Shown here piece by piece: positions 27,243 to 36,333 of a DNA stretch of 49,994 nucleotides. Both the position numbers and the translations under genes were made by a program. This DNA comes from Candidatus Berkelbacteria bacterium (GTDB lineage Bacteria > Patescibacteriota > UBA1384 > XYA2-FULL-43-10 > CAINNR01): NCBI GenBank assembly GCA_037142675.1, contig JBAXAF010000006.1, positions 1 through 49,994 of the forward strand, read 5' to 3'. The number at the start of each line of letters is the position of its first letter. The first letter of the stretch is position 1. Under the pieces are notes generated by a model that saw only the letters and a list, made by a program, of their open reading frames with translations, was not told the DNA's origin and did no database searches.

Positions 27243-29639
27243 TTATCCGCATTTTGAATAACCACAGCCATGACAGACAAAGCAGCCACTTTCGTATTCA
27301 ATTTGTCCACCGCACTCAGGGCAAATTTCGGCTAAAAGCTGATCTTTGTCAATTGATGCATGTTCTTTCGGTGCCACGGTTGGATTAATATTGGTATTAA
27401 ATTCCAGATTCAACTTTTTTGAGCGTTCAATATAGCGGTCAATTGCTTTGCCAATGGCATCCGGACAGGACAATATTAGCTCGCCATTTTGCCAAACTGG
27501 GCTCGAGCCGCGAATGCCTTTTAGGTGCTTTGCCAGCACGCTCGGCTCAACTCGAGAGCGAAGAGCAATCGATATTAGTCTGCCAATTGCTTCATTCATA
27601 GCCGTGGCTTCACCGCCGGATTTTCCGTGGCTGACAAAAAGTTCGCACATTCCCTCTTCATCTTCGTTGATAGTAATGTACATGTCACCTAGTCCGGTTG
27701 GGACTTTTTCCGTTGTGCCAACTACGACTTCTGGTCTTGGCCTCGGCTTAATTTTTGTCTCGTAAACAATTTCCGTTGAAACAGTGGCTGGTTGATCATT
27801 TTTTGACTTTCCGGTCGACAGCACTTGTTCATTTCTGGATCCGTCACGATAAACAGTCACGCCCTTGCAGCCGGTTTTATATGCCAGCATATAAGCGTCG
27901 TAAATATCATCACGTGTTGATTGATGTGGAAAATTAATTGTTTTCGAAACTGCGTTATCGGTATATTCTTGGAATGCGGCTTGCAAATTAATGTGTTGTT
28001 CCGGTGTGACATCGTGGGCCGTAACAAAAAGATCTTGAATATCCTTTGGAATTTCTTCAAATTCATGAATGTTGCCGGCACTGGCGATTCGCTTCATTAG
28101 CTCAGCAGAATAGAATCCGCGGTCTCTGGCAATTTTTTCGAATTCAGGGTGAACTTCAACTAAAATGTCGTTGTCCATAACGTTTCTTTGGTAGCAAACG
28201 GCAAACAGTGGTTCTATCCCAGAGGAAGCGTTGGCGATAATACTAATTGTGCCTGTTGGAGCAATTGTGGTTGTTGTTGCATTTCGAATTGGCTCCTCTC
28301 CCCTTTTGGAGTAAACCGATTTATCAAAATTTGGGAATGGCCCGCGGATTTTGGCCAAGATTCGTGACTCCTCTTTTGATTTATCATCAATAAACTTCAT
28401 AATTTTTCGCGCCAGCGTTACCGATTTTTCCGAGTTGTAAGGAATTCCAAGCTTAATAAGCAGATCAGCAAAGCCCATAACACCGAAGCCGATTTTTCGA
28501 TTAGCCCGAGTCATTTCGTCAATCTCTGGCAGCGGATAATTGTTCAAGTCAATAACATTATCAAGAAAATGAAGCGCATCGAAACACAGCTGCTCGAGCT
28601 TGTCCCAATCGATAGATGTTTTGCCTGCAGCGTCATGCTTAATTACCTTGCCCAAATTAATTGATCCTAAATTACATGATTCGTATGGCAGAAGCGGCTG
28701 CTCACCGCAGGGGTTAGTGCTCTCAAGTTCGCCAATTTCCGGAGTTGGATTGAATTTATTCATTCTGTCGATAAAGATAATACCCGGTTCTCCGTTGCCC
28801 CAAGCGTTGTCAACAATTTTGTTAAAAACTTCACGAGCGTTTAATTTGCCAGCCGGCTTTTTGTCCCTAGGGTTTATTAAGTCATAGTCAGCATCTTTCT
28901 CTACGGCTGCCATAAATTTATCTGTTAGGGCAACTGAAGTGTTGAAGTTCGACAAATCGCCTTCAACCAATTTTGCATCGATAAAATGTAGGACATCGGG
29001 ATGATCAACGCGTAAAATACCCATGTTTGCGCCGCGCCTAGTGCCCCCTTGTTTAACGGTTTCGGTGGCGGCATCAAATGCTCGCATAAATGATATTGGC
29101 CCGGAGGATACGCCGGAGGTGCTTTTTACTCGGTCACCCGACGGTCGTAGGCGCGAAAAGGAAAAACCGGTCCCGCCACCGGATTTATGAATCAGCGCGG
29201 TGTATTTAACCGCATCAAAAATCTTTTCCATGTCATCTTCTACCGGCAAAACAAAGCAGGCCGAAAGCTGGCCAAGGTCGCGGCCGGCATTCATTAGCGT
29301 CGGTGAATTTGGCATGAATTCAAAGCTCGAGATCATGCTGTAAAATCTTTTAGCCAGTGCATCTGTGTCAGCGTTTTTATCGTAAGTTTTGTCGGCTTGA
29401 GCGATCGTCGTCGCAACGCGCATAAACATGTCTCTCGGCGTTTCGATTAGCTTGCCATCTTCGTCCTTTTTCAAATATCTGCGTTCCAAAACCATTCTGG
29501 AATTTTCGGAAATTTCCGGTTCGGGAAAATTATCACTAATTTCTGGCACATTTTTGACCAGCGTTATAGTTTCTTCAATAACTGTTTCAAACAAGGCGTT
29601 TTCAACCGTCTCTTTTTTTGCTCCAACTTTTTCAATCAT
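27243..29639 (-). CDS. nrdJ: Class II adenosylcobalamin-dependent ribonucleotide reductase with TSCPD/Zn-ribbon tail
   Basis: 'PNSPTLMNAG', 'TNPCGEQPL', 'TIAPTGTIS', 'LSCPDAIG', C-terminal CPECG...CHGCGYSKCG. Confidence 0.96.
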   Translation of the reverse strand: MIEKVGAKKETVENALFETVIEETITLVKNVPEISDNFPEPEISENSRMVLERRYLKKDEDGKLIETPRDMFMRVATTIAQADKTYDKNADTDALAKRFYSMISSFEFMPNSPTLMNAGRDLGQLSACFVLPVEDDMEKIFDAVKYTALIHKSGGGTGFSFSRLRPSGDRVKSTSGVSSGPISFMRAFDAATETVKQGGTRRGANMGILRVDHPDVLHFIDAKLVEGDLSNFNTSVALTDKFMAAVEKDADYDLINPRDKKPAGKLNAREVFNKIVDNAWGNGEPGIIFIDRMNKFNPTPEIGELESTNPCGEQPLLPYESCNLGSINLGKVIKHDAAGKTSIDWDKLEQLCFDALHFLDNVIDLNNYPLPEIDEMTRANRKIGFGVMGFADLLIKLGIPYNSEKSVTLARKIMKFIDDKSKEESRILAKIRGPFPNFDKSVYSKRGEEPIRNATTTTIAPTGTISIIANASSGIEPLFAVCYQRNVMDNDILVEVHPEFEKIARDRGFYSAELMKRIASAGNIHEFEEIPKDIQDLFVTAHDVTPEQHINLQAAFQEYTDNAVSKTINFPHQSTRDDIYDAYMLAYKTGCKGVTVYRDGSRNEQVLSTGKSKNDQPATVSTEIVYETKIKPRPRPEVVVGTTEKVPTGLGDMYITINEDEEGMCELFVSHGKSGGEATAMNEAIGRLISIALRSRVEPSVLAKHLKGIRGSSPVWQNGELILSCPDAIGKAIDRYIERSKKLNLEFNTNINPTVAPKEHASIDKDQLLAEICPECGGQIEYESGCFVCHGCGYSKCG

Positions 29640-30087
29640 TCTTCCTCCCTAATATTTTTTTCGCTTCGCTGGCAAAACTTTTCGCTGACGAAAATGATTT
29701 ATATACTGAAATAAAACGTAAGTAAGCGACATCATCAATTTTTCGCAATTTCTTTGATACAATCTCCCCGACTTCAATGCTGGCAACGGTTTTTTTGTCC
29801 AAGGAGACTATTTCGTGCTCAATGTCGTCTAGAAGTCCGCAAACATTGTGGTCATCGATTGGTCGTTTCTCCAGCGATAGCAGAATCCCAGCCTTAATTT
29901 TTTCTCGGTCATAATTTTCCAGGCGGCCGTCGCGCTTTTCAATTCGAATTATTGGAATTTCGATTTTCTCATACGTAGTGAACCTGTAGCCACACTTTAA
30001 GCACTCCCGTCGTCGACGAATGGTCTTTTCGTCATCACGGGAGTCAATGACTTTGGTGTCGCCTTTTTTACATTCGATACATTGCAT
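29632..30087 (-). CDS. nrdR: Transcriptional repressor NrdR
   Basis: Zn ribbon 'C..C...TKVIDSR...IRRRRECLKCGYRFTTYE', ATP cone, 'VAYLRFISVY'. Confidence 0.97.
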   Translation of the reverse strand: MQCIECKKGDTKVIDSRDDEKTIRRRRECLKCGYRFTTYEKIEIPIIRIEKRDGRLENYDREKIKAGILLSLEKRPIDDHNVCGLLDDIEHEIVSLDKKTVASIEVGEIVSKKLRKIDDVAYLRFISVYKSFSSAKSFASEAKKILGRKND

Positions 30088-30093
30088 AAAATC

Positions 30094-30219
30094 AAATCCT
30101 AAATTCTAATATCTAAACTCTAAACAATTTTCAAAATACAAATGCTATATTGTTCAAAATATTTGGAAATTTGATCACTTGAGTTTGTCTATAATTTAGA
30201 GTTTAGGATTTAGTATTTA
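30094..30219. repeat. AT-rich heptamer-periodic inverted-repeat element
   Basis: AAATCCT-AAATTCT-AATATCT-AAACTCT-AAACAAT ... AATTTAG-AGTTTAG-GATTTAG-TATTT. Confidence 0.75.
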
Positions 30220-30221
30220 AG

Positions 30222-30269
30222 TAACCATATCTAGTTACAACTACCATTGTCCTCTACCAGATATAGCGG
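30222..30269. promoter_or_regulatory. Tandem NrdR boxes
   Basis: TAACCATATCTAGTTA (30222-30237) and CTACCAGATATAGCGG (30254-30269) match acaCwAtATaTwGtgt, 32 bp apart, adjacent to a TTGACG -35 (30270-30275). Confidence 0.85.
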
Positions 30270-30304
30270 CGTCAACCAGGTGTCGAGCGTGAAAAGTGGT
30301 ATAG

Positions 30305-30313
30305 TTATCCACA
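30305..30313 (+). promoter_or_regulatory. DnaA box upstream of the nrdR-nrdJ promoter
   Basis: Perfect TTATCCACA. Confidence 0.55.
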
Positions 30314-30476
30314 AACAAAAAACACCACCTTGGCAGTGGAAAATTAGCTTTAGTTCTACAATTTGTGTGTTCCAGAGTAGCTAGATGGTAGATGTGGTAT
30401 GCAATAAAAAAAGAGACCACCTCGTAGGCATGGAAGCCTTTGAATTGGTGATCTCTCGGTCATGGGTGCGGTGACA

Positions 30477-30911
30477 TCAGTCGGCGTGTGGCACGTTGCC
30501 AGGCGCCAAGTGAAACTCCAGGACGTATCGCAGGCAGTAGCCGCTAGAAGGCGATGTTTTGCCATCCTTTACCCAGCTGGCTTCTTCTGGATAAGGCGCC
30601 CGTATTAGCATGTAATCCTCGTCGGAATCGACATCATGGTAGATGACATGCCTTGAGACATTGTATTGACCTCGGACACGGTTCGGCGTGCAGCCATACA
30701 CGCTGCGGTTGACCTCGCCTCCGTCTCCCTCTCTGACGTAGACGAATGACGGTTCGCCGCCATCCAGGTACAGCATGGTTATTGGGATCCGGATTGGCAG
30801 GCGAGCAAAATCTGCCCTGGTTGCCTTGATCTCGGATCGCCTAATTGCGATAGCCGCGATGGCAATTGCCACCACGAGCAGAAACAAAATCCCGTATAGT
30901 GCGCTGTTCAT
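30477..30911 (-). CDS. N-terminally anchored hypothetical protein (GC-rich cassette C)
   Basis: Start at ATG 30911 after GAGAGGAAG; own promoter 30953-30981 and terminator ~30405-30456. Confidence 0.7.
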   Translation of the reverse strand: MNSALYGILFLLVVAIAIAAIAIRRSEIKATRADFARLPIRIPITMLYLDGGEPSFVYVREGDGGEVNRSVYGCTPNRVRGQYNVSRHVIYHDVDSDEDYMLIRAPYPEEASWVKDGKTSPSSGYCLRYVLEFHLAPGNVPHAD

Positions 30912-30952
30912 GGGTAATCTTCCTCTCAATGGGTGCGGTGAATACATCGAAT

Positions 30953-31012
30953 ATTATATCAGGCTAACAGTTTTATGTCAAATAACCAGCCGCCTCCAAA
31001 TAAAAAACCGTC
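30953..31012 (-). repeat. Cassette junction repeat 1 (terminator end plus TTGACA-17-TATAAT promoter)
   Basis: ATTATATC-N15-TGTCAA-N11-CCTCCAAATAAAAAACCGTC; same length and ends as 31728..31787. Confidence 0.8.
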
Positions 31013-31040
31013 TGCGACGCGATGCGTTGCAGACGGTCGA

Positions 31041-31151
31041 CTATGGGTGAACTGGCAAATGGCCGGAACCGCCGGTTGCTATTAGCAGAGCTACCCCTGC
31101 GGCGATGCAGACGGCCAGAAACCACATCCATGCTTCAACATACCAAGGCAT
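31041..31151 (-). CDS. 36-aa single-TM small protein (cassette D; below ORF-track cutoff)
   Basis: AGGAG-N7-ATG; MPWYVEAWMWFLAVCIAAGVALLIATGGSGHLPVHP*; ends at the terminator. Confidence 0.6.
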   Translation of the reverse strand: MPWYVEAWMWFLAVCIAAGVALLIATGGSGHLPVHP

Positions 31152-31211
31152 TTTGTCACTCCTGCCTATTCTTGATGATTGTGTCTTGGCCAGACAGCTT
31201 GTTGCGTTGTC

Positions 31212-31685
31212 TCATCTGGGCATCTCAATTTCAGGTGGGCCCAGCATTACTGTGCCTCTCCCCCTGAAAACCCTCGACGGGATCAGCAGGTTATCGGTCA
31301 CGGTCACATCGCTGTCGGGTGTGAACAACCTGACGGATATATCCGTATCAGGCTCTGGCGAACCCGGAATGGCATTCTCTTTGATGGATCTGACTCGGTA
31401 GCCCTCGACCACGTTTGTGACACGCAGAAAGGTATCCACATAGCAGTGTCTAGTCTCAGGCACTGCGTCGATAGCATAGAGAGTCAGAGTGACGTGACCA
31501 TTCCGAGTCGTTCCGCGCCAGATCTCGTCGCCTTTTGTGATCCATGGCTTGGCCTTCTCTGGTGCGACTTGAGCTGAAGCAGTCTTGGGCATGTGTAGCG
31601 AAACCCACTTCTGCTGGTTGTTCGCAGCGATCAGTCCCAAGATGACGACGAAAGCGATCAGAACGACGAGTGATCTAGTGCTCAT
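31212..31685 (-). CDS. Exported/membrane-anchored beta-rich hypothetical protein (cassette D)
   Basis: Start ATG 31685 after GGAGGAGG; N-terminal TM. Confidence 0.7.
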   Translation of the reverse strand: MSTRSLVVLIAFVVILGLIAANNQQKWVSLHMPKTASAQVAPEKAKPWITKGDEIWRGTTRNGHVTLTLYAIDAVPETRHCYVDTFLRVTNVVEGYRVRSIKENAIPGSPEPDTDISVRLFTPDSDVTVTDNLLIPSRVFRGRGTVMLGPPEIEMPR

Positions 31686-31727
31686 CTCTGCTGCCTCCTC
31701 CATTGGCGGTACGGTGATTGTGCTGAG

Positions 31728-31787
31728 ATTATATCAATTAGTAATTGTTTTGTCAATCAAAAAATCACCTCCAAATAAAAAACCGTC
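31728..31787 (-). repeat. Cassette junction repeat 2 (terminator end plus promoter)
   Basis: ATTATATC-N15-TGTCAA-N11-CCTCCAAATAAAAAACCGTC. Confidence 0.8.
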
Positions 31788-31820
31788 GCGCTGAGTTGCG
31801 GACGGGTGTGTCGGCTTGGC

Positions 31821-32225
31821 CTAGAAGCCTGTTGAAGACGATGGGGTGCGGCGGTCTACCATGGACACCTTGTCGGTGAAGGCGGCGTTGGCCAGCACCA
31901 GCCAGGAGTGTCGTGTCCGATAGCACGGAGGTAGGAGCGGCGCGAATGCGTCCATGATCTTCTGGTTGCGCTTGTCCTTGTCGGCCGTCCTTGACGGGAA
32001 GTCCATGGCTTCGATGCGCAGTTCTGCATCGTAGCGCATGATGTCCAGCGGGCCGGGAGTCTCGACCTTGACCTCGATGTCGGTCTGGATGAGCTGCCCG
32101 TTTGGATCATCGCAGTTGAGGCATTCGGCGATGATTGCCGGCAGGGCCTGGACCGCCGACTGAAGTACGCTGTAATCACTGGCGTCGGTTGGAAGGAATC
32201 GCACTTTCAGGTTGGCATGGGGCAT
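31821..32225 (-). CDS. Tautomerase/MIF/CHMI-superfamily-like protein (cassette E)
   Basis: Begins Met-Pro-His, apparent tandem beta-alpha-beta layout, RBS GAGAGG. Confidence 0.55.
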   Translation of the reverse strand: MPHANLKVRFLPTDASDYSVLQSAVQALPAIIAECLNCDDPNGQLIQTDIEVKVETPGPLDIMRYDAELRIEAMDFPSRTADKDKRNQKIMDAFAPLLPPCYRTRHSWLVLANAAFTDKVSMVDRRTPSSSTGF

Positions 32226-32263
32226 GGAATTAGCCTCTCTCTCGTGAATTCAGATGCGGTGAA

Positions 32264-32329
32264 ATTATATCGAAATATTCATTGTTTGTCAATACAAAAA
32301 TCACCCGCGTTTCCTTGGGTGATTTTTTT
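32264..32329 (-). promoter_or_regulatory. Cassette E promoter (junction repeat 3) and upstream ftsZ terminator
   Basis: TTGACA-17-TATAAT (32264-32292) and hairpin AAAAATCACCC...GGGTGATTTTT. Confidence 0.8.
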
Positions 32330-32330
32330 C

Positions 32331-32384
32331 TGTCATTCCGGGCTTGATCCGGAATCTAGATCCTGAAACAAGTTCAGGATGACA
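32331..32384. repeat. REP/RPE-like doublet palindrome
   Basis: TGTCATTCCGGGCTTGATCCGGAATC-TAGATCCTGAAACAAGTTCAGGATGACA. Confidence 0.85.
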
Positions 32385-32392
32385 ATGGAATA

Positions 32393-33613
32393 TTAGCGGA
32401 GTTTGCGACGTATGAATGCCGGCACTTCTAGCTCGCCGTCATCTTTTTCGTCTTTGTCGTTTCGATCATTATTGCCATTATTGTTCCTATCATTTCGATA
32501 ATCTTCGCGTACTTCTGGCCTTGGCTCCTCGACTCGTGGTTCATATGATCCGAAATCTGGTGTATCGTAGCTTCGGCGATCTTCGCGTGTAACCATTTGC
32601 GATTGTGGAATCTCGTTGCCGCCAATTGGTCCAAAGCTTGGTCTTTTATGAAGTTTTGTATTGTCAGTTTCAAATCCGGTAGCAATAACAGTAATTTTGA
32701 CTTCGCCTTGCATTGCTTCGTCTATAATGGCACCGAAAATGATATTGGCATCCGAGTCAGCGGCTTCGGTGATGGCCTTAGCGGCTTCGTCAATCTCGTA
32801 CATCCCAAGATCTGGTCCGCCGGTAATGTTGAACAGAATCCCTTTTGCGCCATCGATTGAAAGCTCGAGAAGTGGTGAATCAATTGCGGCCCTGGCGGCT
32901 TCGATTGCTCGGTTGTCGCCTGATCCACGGCCAATTCCCATAAGGGCAGAGCCGGCATCGGCCATAATAGCCTTAACATCTGCAAAGTCAACGTTGATTA
33001 TTCCGTGCAAAGTAATTAAATCTGCAATACCTTGGACGCCTTGACGTAGAACGTCATCGACAATACCGAAAGCATCGAAAAGTGAAGTCTTTTTATCGAT
33101 AACTTGAAGCAATCTGTCATTTGGAATTGTAATTAAGGTGTCAACTTTGTCTTTCATTTCAGCAATGCCAAGTTCGGCAAGCTTCATTCGGCGCTGGCCT
33201 TCAAAAGAAAATGGTTTAGTAACAACACCAATTGTTAGAGCGCCTAACTCTTTGGCAATTTCGGCAACAAAAGGTCCGGCACCTGTTCCGGTTCCGCCGC
33301 CAGCGCCAAAAGTAACAAAGACCATGTCAGAACCTTTGAGCGCCTCGTAGACTTCTTCCTTGTTTTCTTCTATTGCTTTGCGACCAACTTCCGGATCGGC
33401 TCCGCTTCCTAGTCCCCTGGTAGTTTCTTTTCCAATTTGAATTTTTACTGGAGCTTCATTGAAGGCCAAGGCTTGAGCATCTGTGTTAACTGAAACAAAC
33501 TCAACACCGCGAAGTTTTGAGTTAATCATTCTGGTTATGGCGCTGCCGCCTGAGCCGCCAACACCAACAACCTTTATCATTGCGAAGCCTTCCATCTCGG
33601 ACCTTTTATCCAT
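32393..33613 (-). CDS. ftsZ: Cell division protein FtsZ
   Basis: 'GAGGGTGTG', 'NVDFADV', C-terminal 'EVPAFIRRK'. Confidence 0.99.
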   Translation of the reverse strand: MDKRSEMEGFAMIKVVGVGGSGGSAITRMINSKLRGVEFVSVNTDAQALAFNEAPVKIQIGKETTRGLGSGADPEVGRKAIEENKEEVYEALKGSDMVFVTFGAGGGTGTGAGPFVAEIAKELGALTIGVVTKPFSFEGQRRMKLAELGIAEMKDKVDTLITIPNDRLLQVIDKKTSLFDAFGIVDDVLRQGVQGIADLITLHGIINVDFADVKAIMADAGSALMGIGRGSGDNRAIEAARAAIDSPLLELSIDGAKGILFNITGGPDLGMYEIDEAAKAITEAADSDANIIFGAIIDEAMQGEVKITVIATGFETDNTKLHKRPSFGPIGGNEIPQSQMVTREDRRSYDTPDFGSYEPRVEEPRPEVREDYRNDRNNNGNNDRNDKDEKDDGELEVPAFIRRKLR

Positions 33614-33691
33614 TGTTGCTCCTTGAAGTAGTATATTCGATCATTAAGTCTATTTTTGGTTATTATACCAAAGGTGTCAATAGCTGAGAAA

Positions 33692-34927
33692 TTACGGCAA
33701 AAAATGCTTGAAGGCGTCTTTGACTTTATTGACCACTCCTCCTAGTTCCGGTGCGGACATTTTCTTTGGTGCCGCAACGCTTCCAGATTCAATTCCCCAC
33801 GTCATGAGTCCAGCACTTGTAGCATATACTGGGTCATTCAAGTTGTCAACAACACCGGTAAGAGGCAAAATTGGTTTACCAATCTGAGTTGGGAGACGCA
33901 AAATATCTTTAACCATTTCGGCCATACCTTCGAGTTTTGCTCCACCACCAGTCAAGACAACGCCGGCTGGTAGCATACCCTCTCGATTAATTTCTCGAAG
34001 TTCATCTCTAATCAAGACAAAAATTTCGTTAAGTCTGGCTTCAATTATTTCGGCGATGTATTTAACACTAGCGGTCCCAGTTTCTGTTTTGTCGAAGGTC
34101 GAAAGATTGATTTCTTCTTTGTCGTCAATTTTTTCGGGTGACGCGTAGCCGTATTTGATTTTAATCAATTCAGCCAAATTTATATTTGTGCGCAGACCGA
34201 TGGCAATGTCATTTGTAATATGAGCAGAGCCGATAGCCAAAACTCCGGAGTGGACCAAATCGCCTTCTTCAAAGACAACATATGAGGTTGTCCCGGCACC
34301 AATATCAATTAAAATAACACCAATTTCTTTTTGTTGTTTGGAAAGCATGATTTTAGCGGTAGCCAGTGGAGAGAAAACCATATCAGAGATTGCGAGTCCA
34401 GCTTGTGAAGCGCAGCGAGACACATTTTTTATGGCGGCTAGCGAACCGGAGATTACATTGGTATCGACTTCGAGTCTGATCCCAGACATGCCAACGGGGT
34501 CAGAAATTCCCGGCTGTCCATCGACGGTAAATGTTTTTGGAATAACGTGAAGAACTTCTCTGTTGGGTTGATTTGGGACTGCTCTTGCAGCGTCTATTAC
34601 TCTCATGGCGTCAGCTTCGGAAATTTCACCGTCGTTTTTGGAAACAGCAATAACTCCGCGGCTGATTGTGGATTCGATATGAGAACCGCCAACACCAACA
34701 ACCACGCTGTCAACTTGGCAGTCACACATTCGCTCTGCTTCTTCCAGGGCTGTCGAGATGGCGGTAACGGTTTCTTCGACATCAACAATAACGCCCTTGC
34801 GAACGCCGTTACAAACAGATTTTCCGAGCCCCAAGATATCAATATTGCCGTCTGATATTGTGCCAATACAAACAGAGACTTTTGATGTTCCAATATCAAG
34901 GCCGCAAGAGATTAGTTTTTTTGACAC
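33692..34927 (-). CDS. ftsA: Cell division protein FtsA
   Basis: 'GLDIGTSKV', 'IDIGAGTT', 'VLTGGGAKL', C-terminal amphipathic helix. Confidence 0.98.
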   Translation of the reverse strand: MSKKLISCGLDIGTSKVSVCIGTISDGNIDILGLGKSVCNGVRKGVIVDVEETVTAISTALEEAERMCDCQVDSVVVGVGGSHIESTISRGVIAVSKNDGEISEADAMRVIDAARAVPNQPNREVLHVIPKTFTVDGQPGISDPVGMSGIRLEVDTNVISGSLAAIKNVSRCASQAGLAISDMVFSPLATAKIMLSKQQKEIGVILIDIGAGTTSYVVFEEGDLVHSGVLAIGSAHITNDIAIGLRTNINLAELIKIKYGYASPEKIDDKEEINLSTFDKTETGTASVKYIAEIIEARLNEIFVLIRDELREINREGMLPAGVVLTGGGAKLEGMAEMVKDILRLPTQIGKPILPLTGVVDNLNDPVYATSAGLMTWGIESGSVAAPKKMSAPELGGVVNKVKDAFKHFLP

Positions 34928-35006
34928 TAGCCCTCCAAGAGCGAAAATTAATTATCTACCAACCTATTTTATCAGAGTAGAGCACATTTTTGCAAGCGAC
35001 AAAATT

Positions 35007-35068
35007 TGTCATTCCCGTGAAGACGGGAGTCTACTATTGGTGGATCCCCGACTGGATCGGGGATGACA
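35007..35068. repeat. REP/RPE/dRS3-like doublet palindrome
   Basis: TGTCATTCCCGTGAAGACGGGAGTC...GGATCCCCGACTGGATCGGGGATGACA. Confidence 0.85.
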
Positions 35069-35090
35069 GAATGGTCAAACAGTTCGTCAA

Positions 35091-35471
35091 TTATCCGACT
35101 AACTTGTCAAAATATGGGAAAAAAATTAGAACGCTAACCACCACAGCGATAATAGAAGTGATAAGCACAGCACCGGCCATAGCATCTTTGATAAACTCGA
35201 CTTGCTTGCACTGCTCGGGCTTTACAATATCTAAGAGTTTTTCAATTGCGGTATTGATAGTTTCCATAGCGATAACCAGGGTTACGGCGAAGAAGAGAAC
35301 AATTGCTTCAATTCTCGAAATTGATAGGATATATGCCAAGGTGGCAACGACAATTGCGTAGATTAAATGGATCCGGGCATTTTGTTCACTTTTTAATAGA
35401 TTGACGATGCCACGAGAAGCATACATAAAGCTGTTAAATAGTTTGGCGATACTCCATTTGTTGTAGCTCAT
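35091..35471 (-). CDS. dgkA: Diacylglycerol/undecaprenol kinase (DgkA family)
   Basis: 'SEQNARIHL', 'METINTAIEKLLD', 'IKDAMAGAV'. Confidence 0.92.
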   Translation of the reverse strand: MSYNKWSIAKLFNSFMYASRGIVNLLKSEQNARIHLIYAIVVATLAYILSISRIEAIVLFFAVTLVIAMETINTAIEKLLDIVKPEQCKQVEFIKDAMAGAVLITSIIAVVVSVLIFFPYFDKLVG

Positions 35472-35872
35472 AGTGTTTTAATGCCGGTTTTTGCCTCGGC
35501 ATGCTCCCATTTTTTTATGTTTGTTTCGTGATCATAGCCTAAAAGATGTAGAATGCCGTGGGTAAAAAGTTCTTTGCACTCAACGCCTTCATTCTTTGCA
35601 AATTCCGGAGCAATGAATATAGTACCTAGTGTTTGTTCGTTGCCAACCGGGAACTGCTCCTGCGGGAATGATAACACATCTGTTGCTTCATTTTTGTCGC
35701 GATGTTTTTTGTTTAAGTCCTTGATTTCATCGTCGGTAACTAAAAAAACCTCAATAATACTCTGAGGTTTTTTTAAATCAAGTTTATCTAAAATATTATT
35801 CGCAATAGATTCCAATGACTCGGCGTCAAAACTACAATCACTATCAGTCTGGATTGTTAAATCTATTTTCAT
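35468..35872 (-). CDS. ybeY: rRNA maturation RNase YbeY
   Basis: 'ATDVLSFP', 'HGILHLLGYDH'. Confidence 0.96.
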   Translation of the reverse strand: MKIDLTIQTDSDCSFDAESLESIANNILDKLDLKKPQSIIEVFLVTDDEIKDLNKKHRDKNEATDVLSFPQEQFPVGNEQTLGTIFIAPEFAKNEGVECKELFTHGILHLLGYDHETNIKKWEHAEAKTGIKTL

Positions 35873-35873
35873 A

Positions 35874-36317
35874 TTAGCTCAACAGCTCTTTGACTTTGGC
35901 TGAAATTTGTCCGCCATCGGCTCGGCCGGCAACCTGCGGCATAACATTACCCATGACTTTGCCCATATCGGCCGCCGTTGTTGCGCCAGTTGTTTCAATT
36001 GCGGCTTTTACGATAGAAGTTAACTCGTCATCCGATAACTGTTCTGGCATATATGCTGAGAGAAATTCTATTTCAACCTTTTCCTTATCAGCTAACTCTG
36101 TTCGACCACCTGCAGCGAAAATCTCGATTGAATCTTTTCGTTGCTTGATTTGGCTTTGAATGACTTTGATAATTTCTTCATCTGAAAGATCGTGACCGAT
36201 CTTAATTTTCTCGTTTTGCAAAGCTGACTTCAGCATCCGAAGAACGGAAACTTTTTCAGTTTCTTTGGCTTTTAGCGCGGCAATATAATCACTTTCAATC
36301 TGATCGATTAGAGACAT
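35874..36317 (-). CDS. yqeY: GatB/YqeY domain protein
   Basis: 'KQRKDSIE.F..GGRTELA.KE', 'DMGKVMG...GRADG'. Confidence 0.93.
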   Translation of the reverse strand: MSLIDQIESDYIAALKAKETEKVSVLRMLKSALQNEKIKIGHDLSDEEIIKVIQSQIKQRKDSIEIFAAGGRTELADKEKVEIEFLSAYMPEQLSDDELTSIVKAAIETTGATTAADMGKVMGNVMPQVAGRADGGQISAKVKELLS

Positions 36318-36333
36318 ATTTTCCTTTCAATCA

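Noticed and set aside
30305-30313. oriC
   Set aside because: Single DnaA box, no cluster and no dnaA gene; gene orientation indicates the terminus lies in this window.
30404-32330. Classical integron or CRISPR array
   Set aside because: No intI or cas genes, no recognisable attC R''/R' boxes, and the inter-repeat segments are whole genes of about 0.5-0.7 kb.
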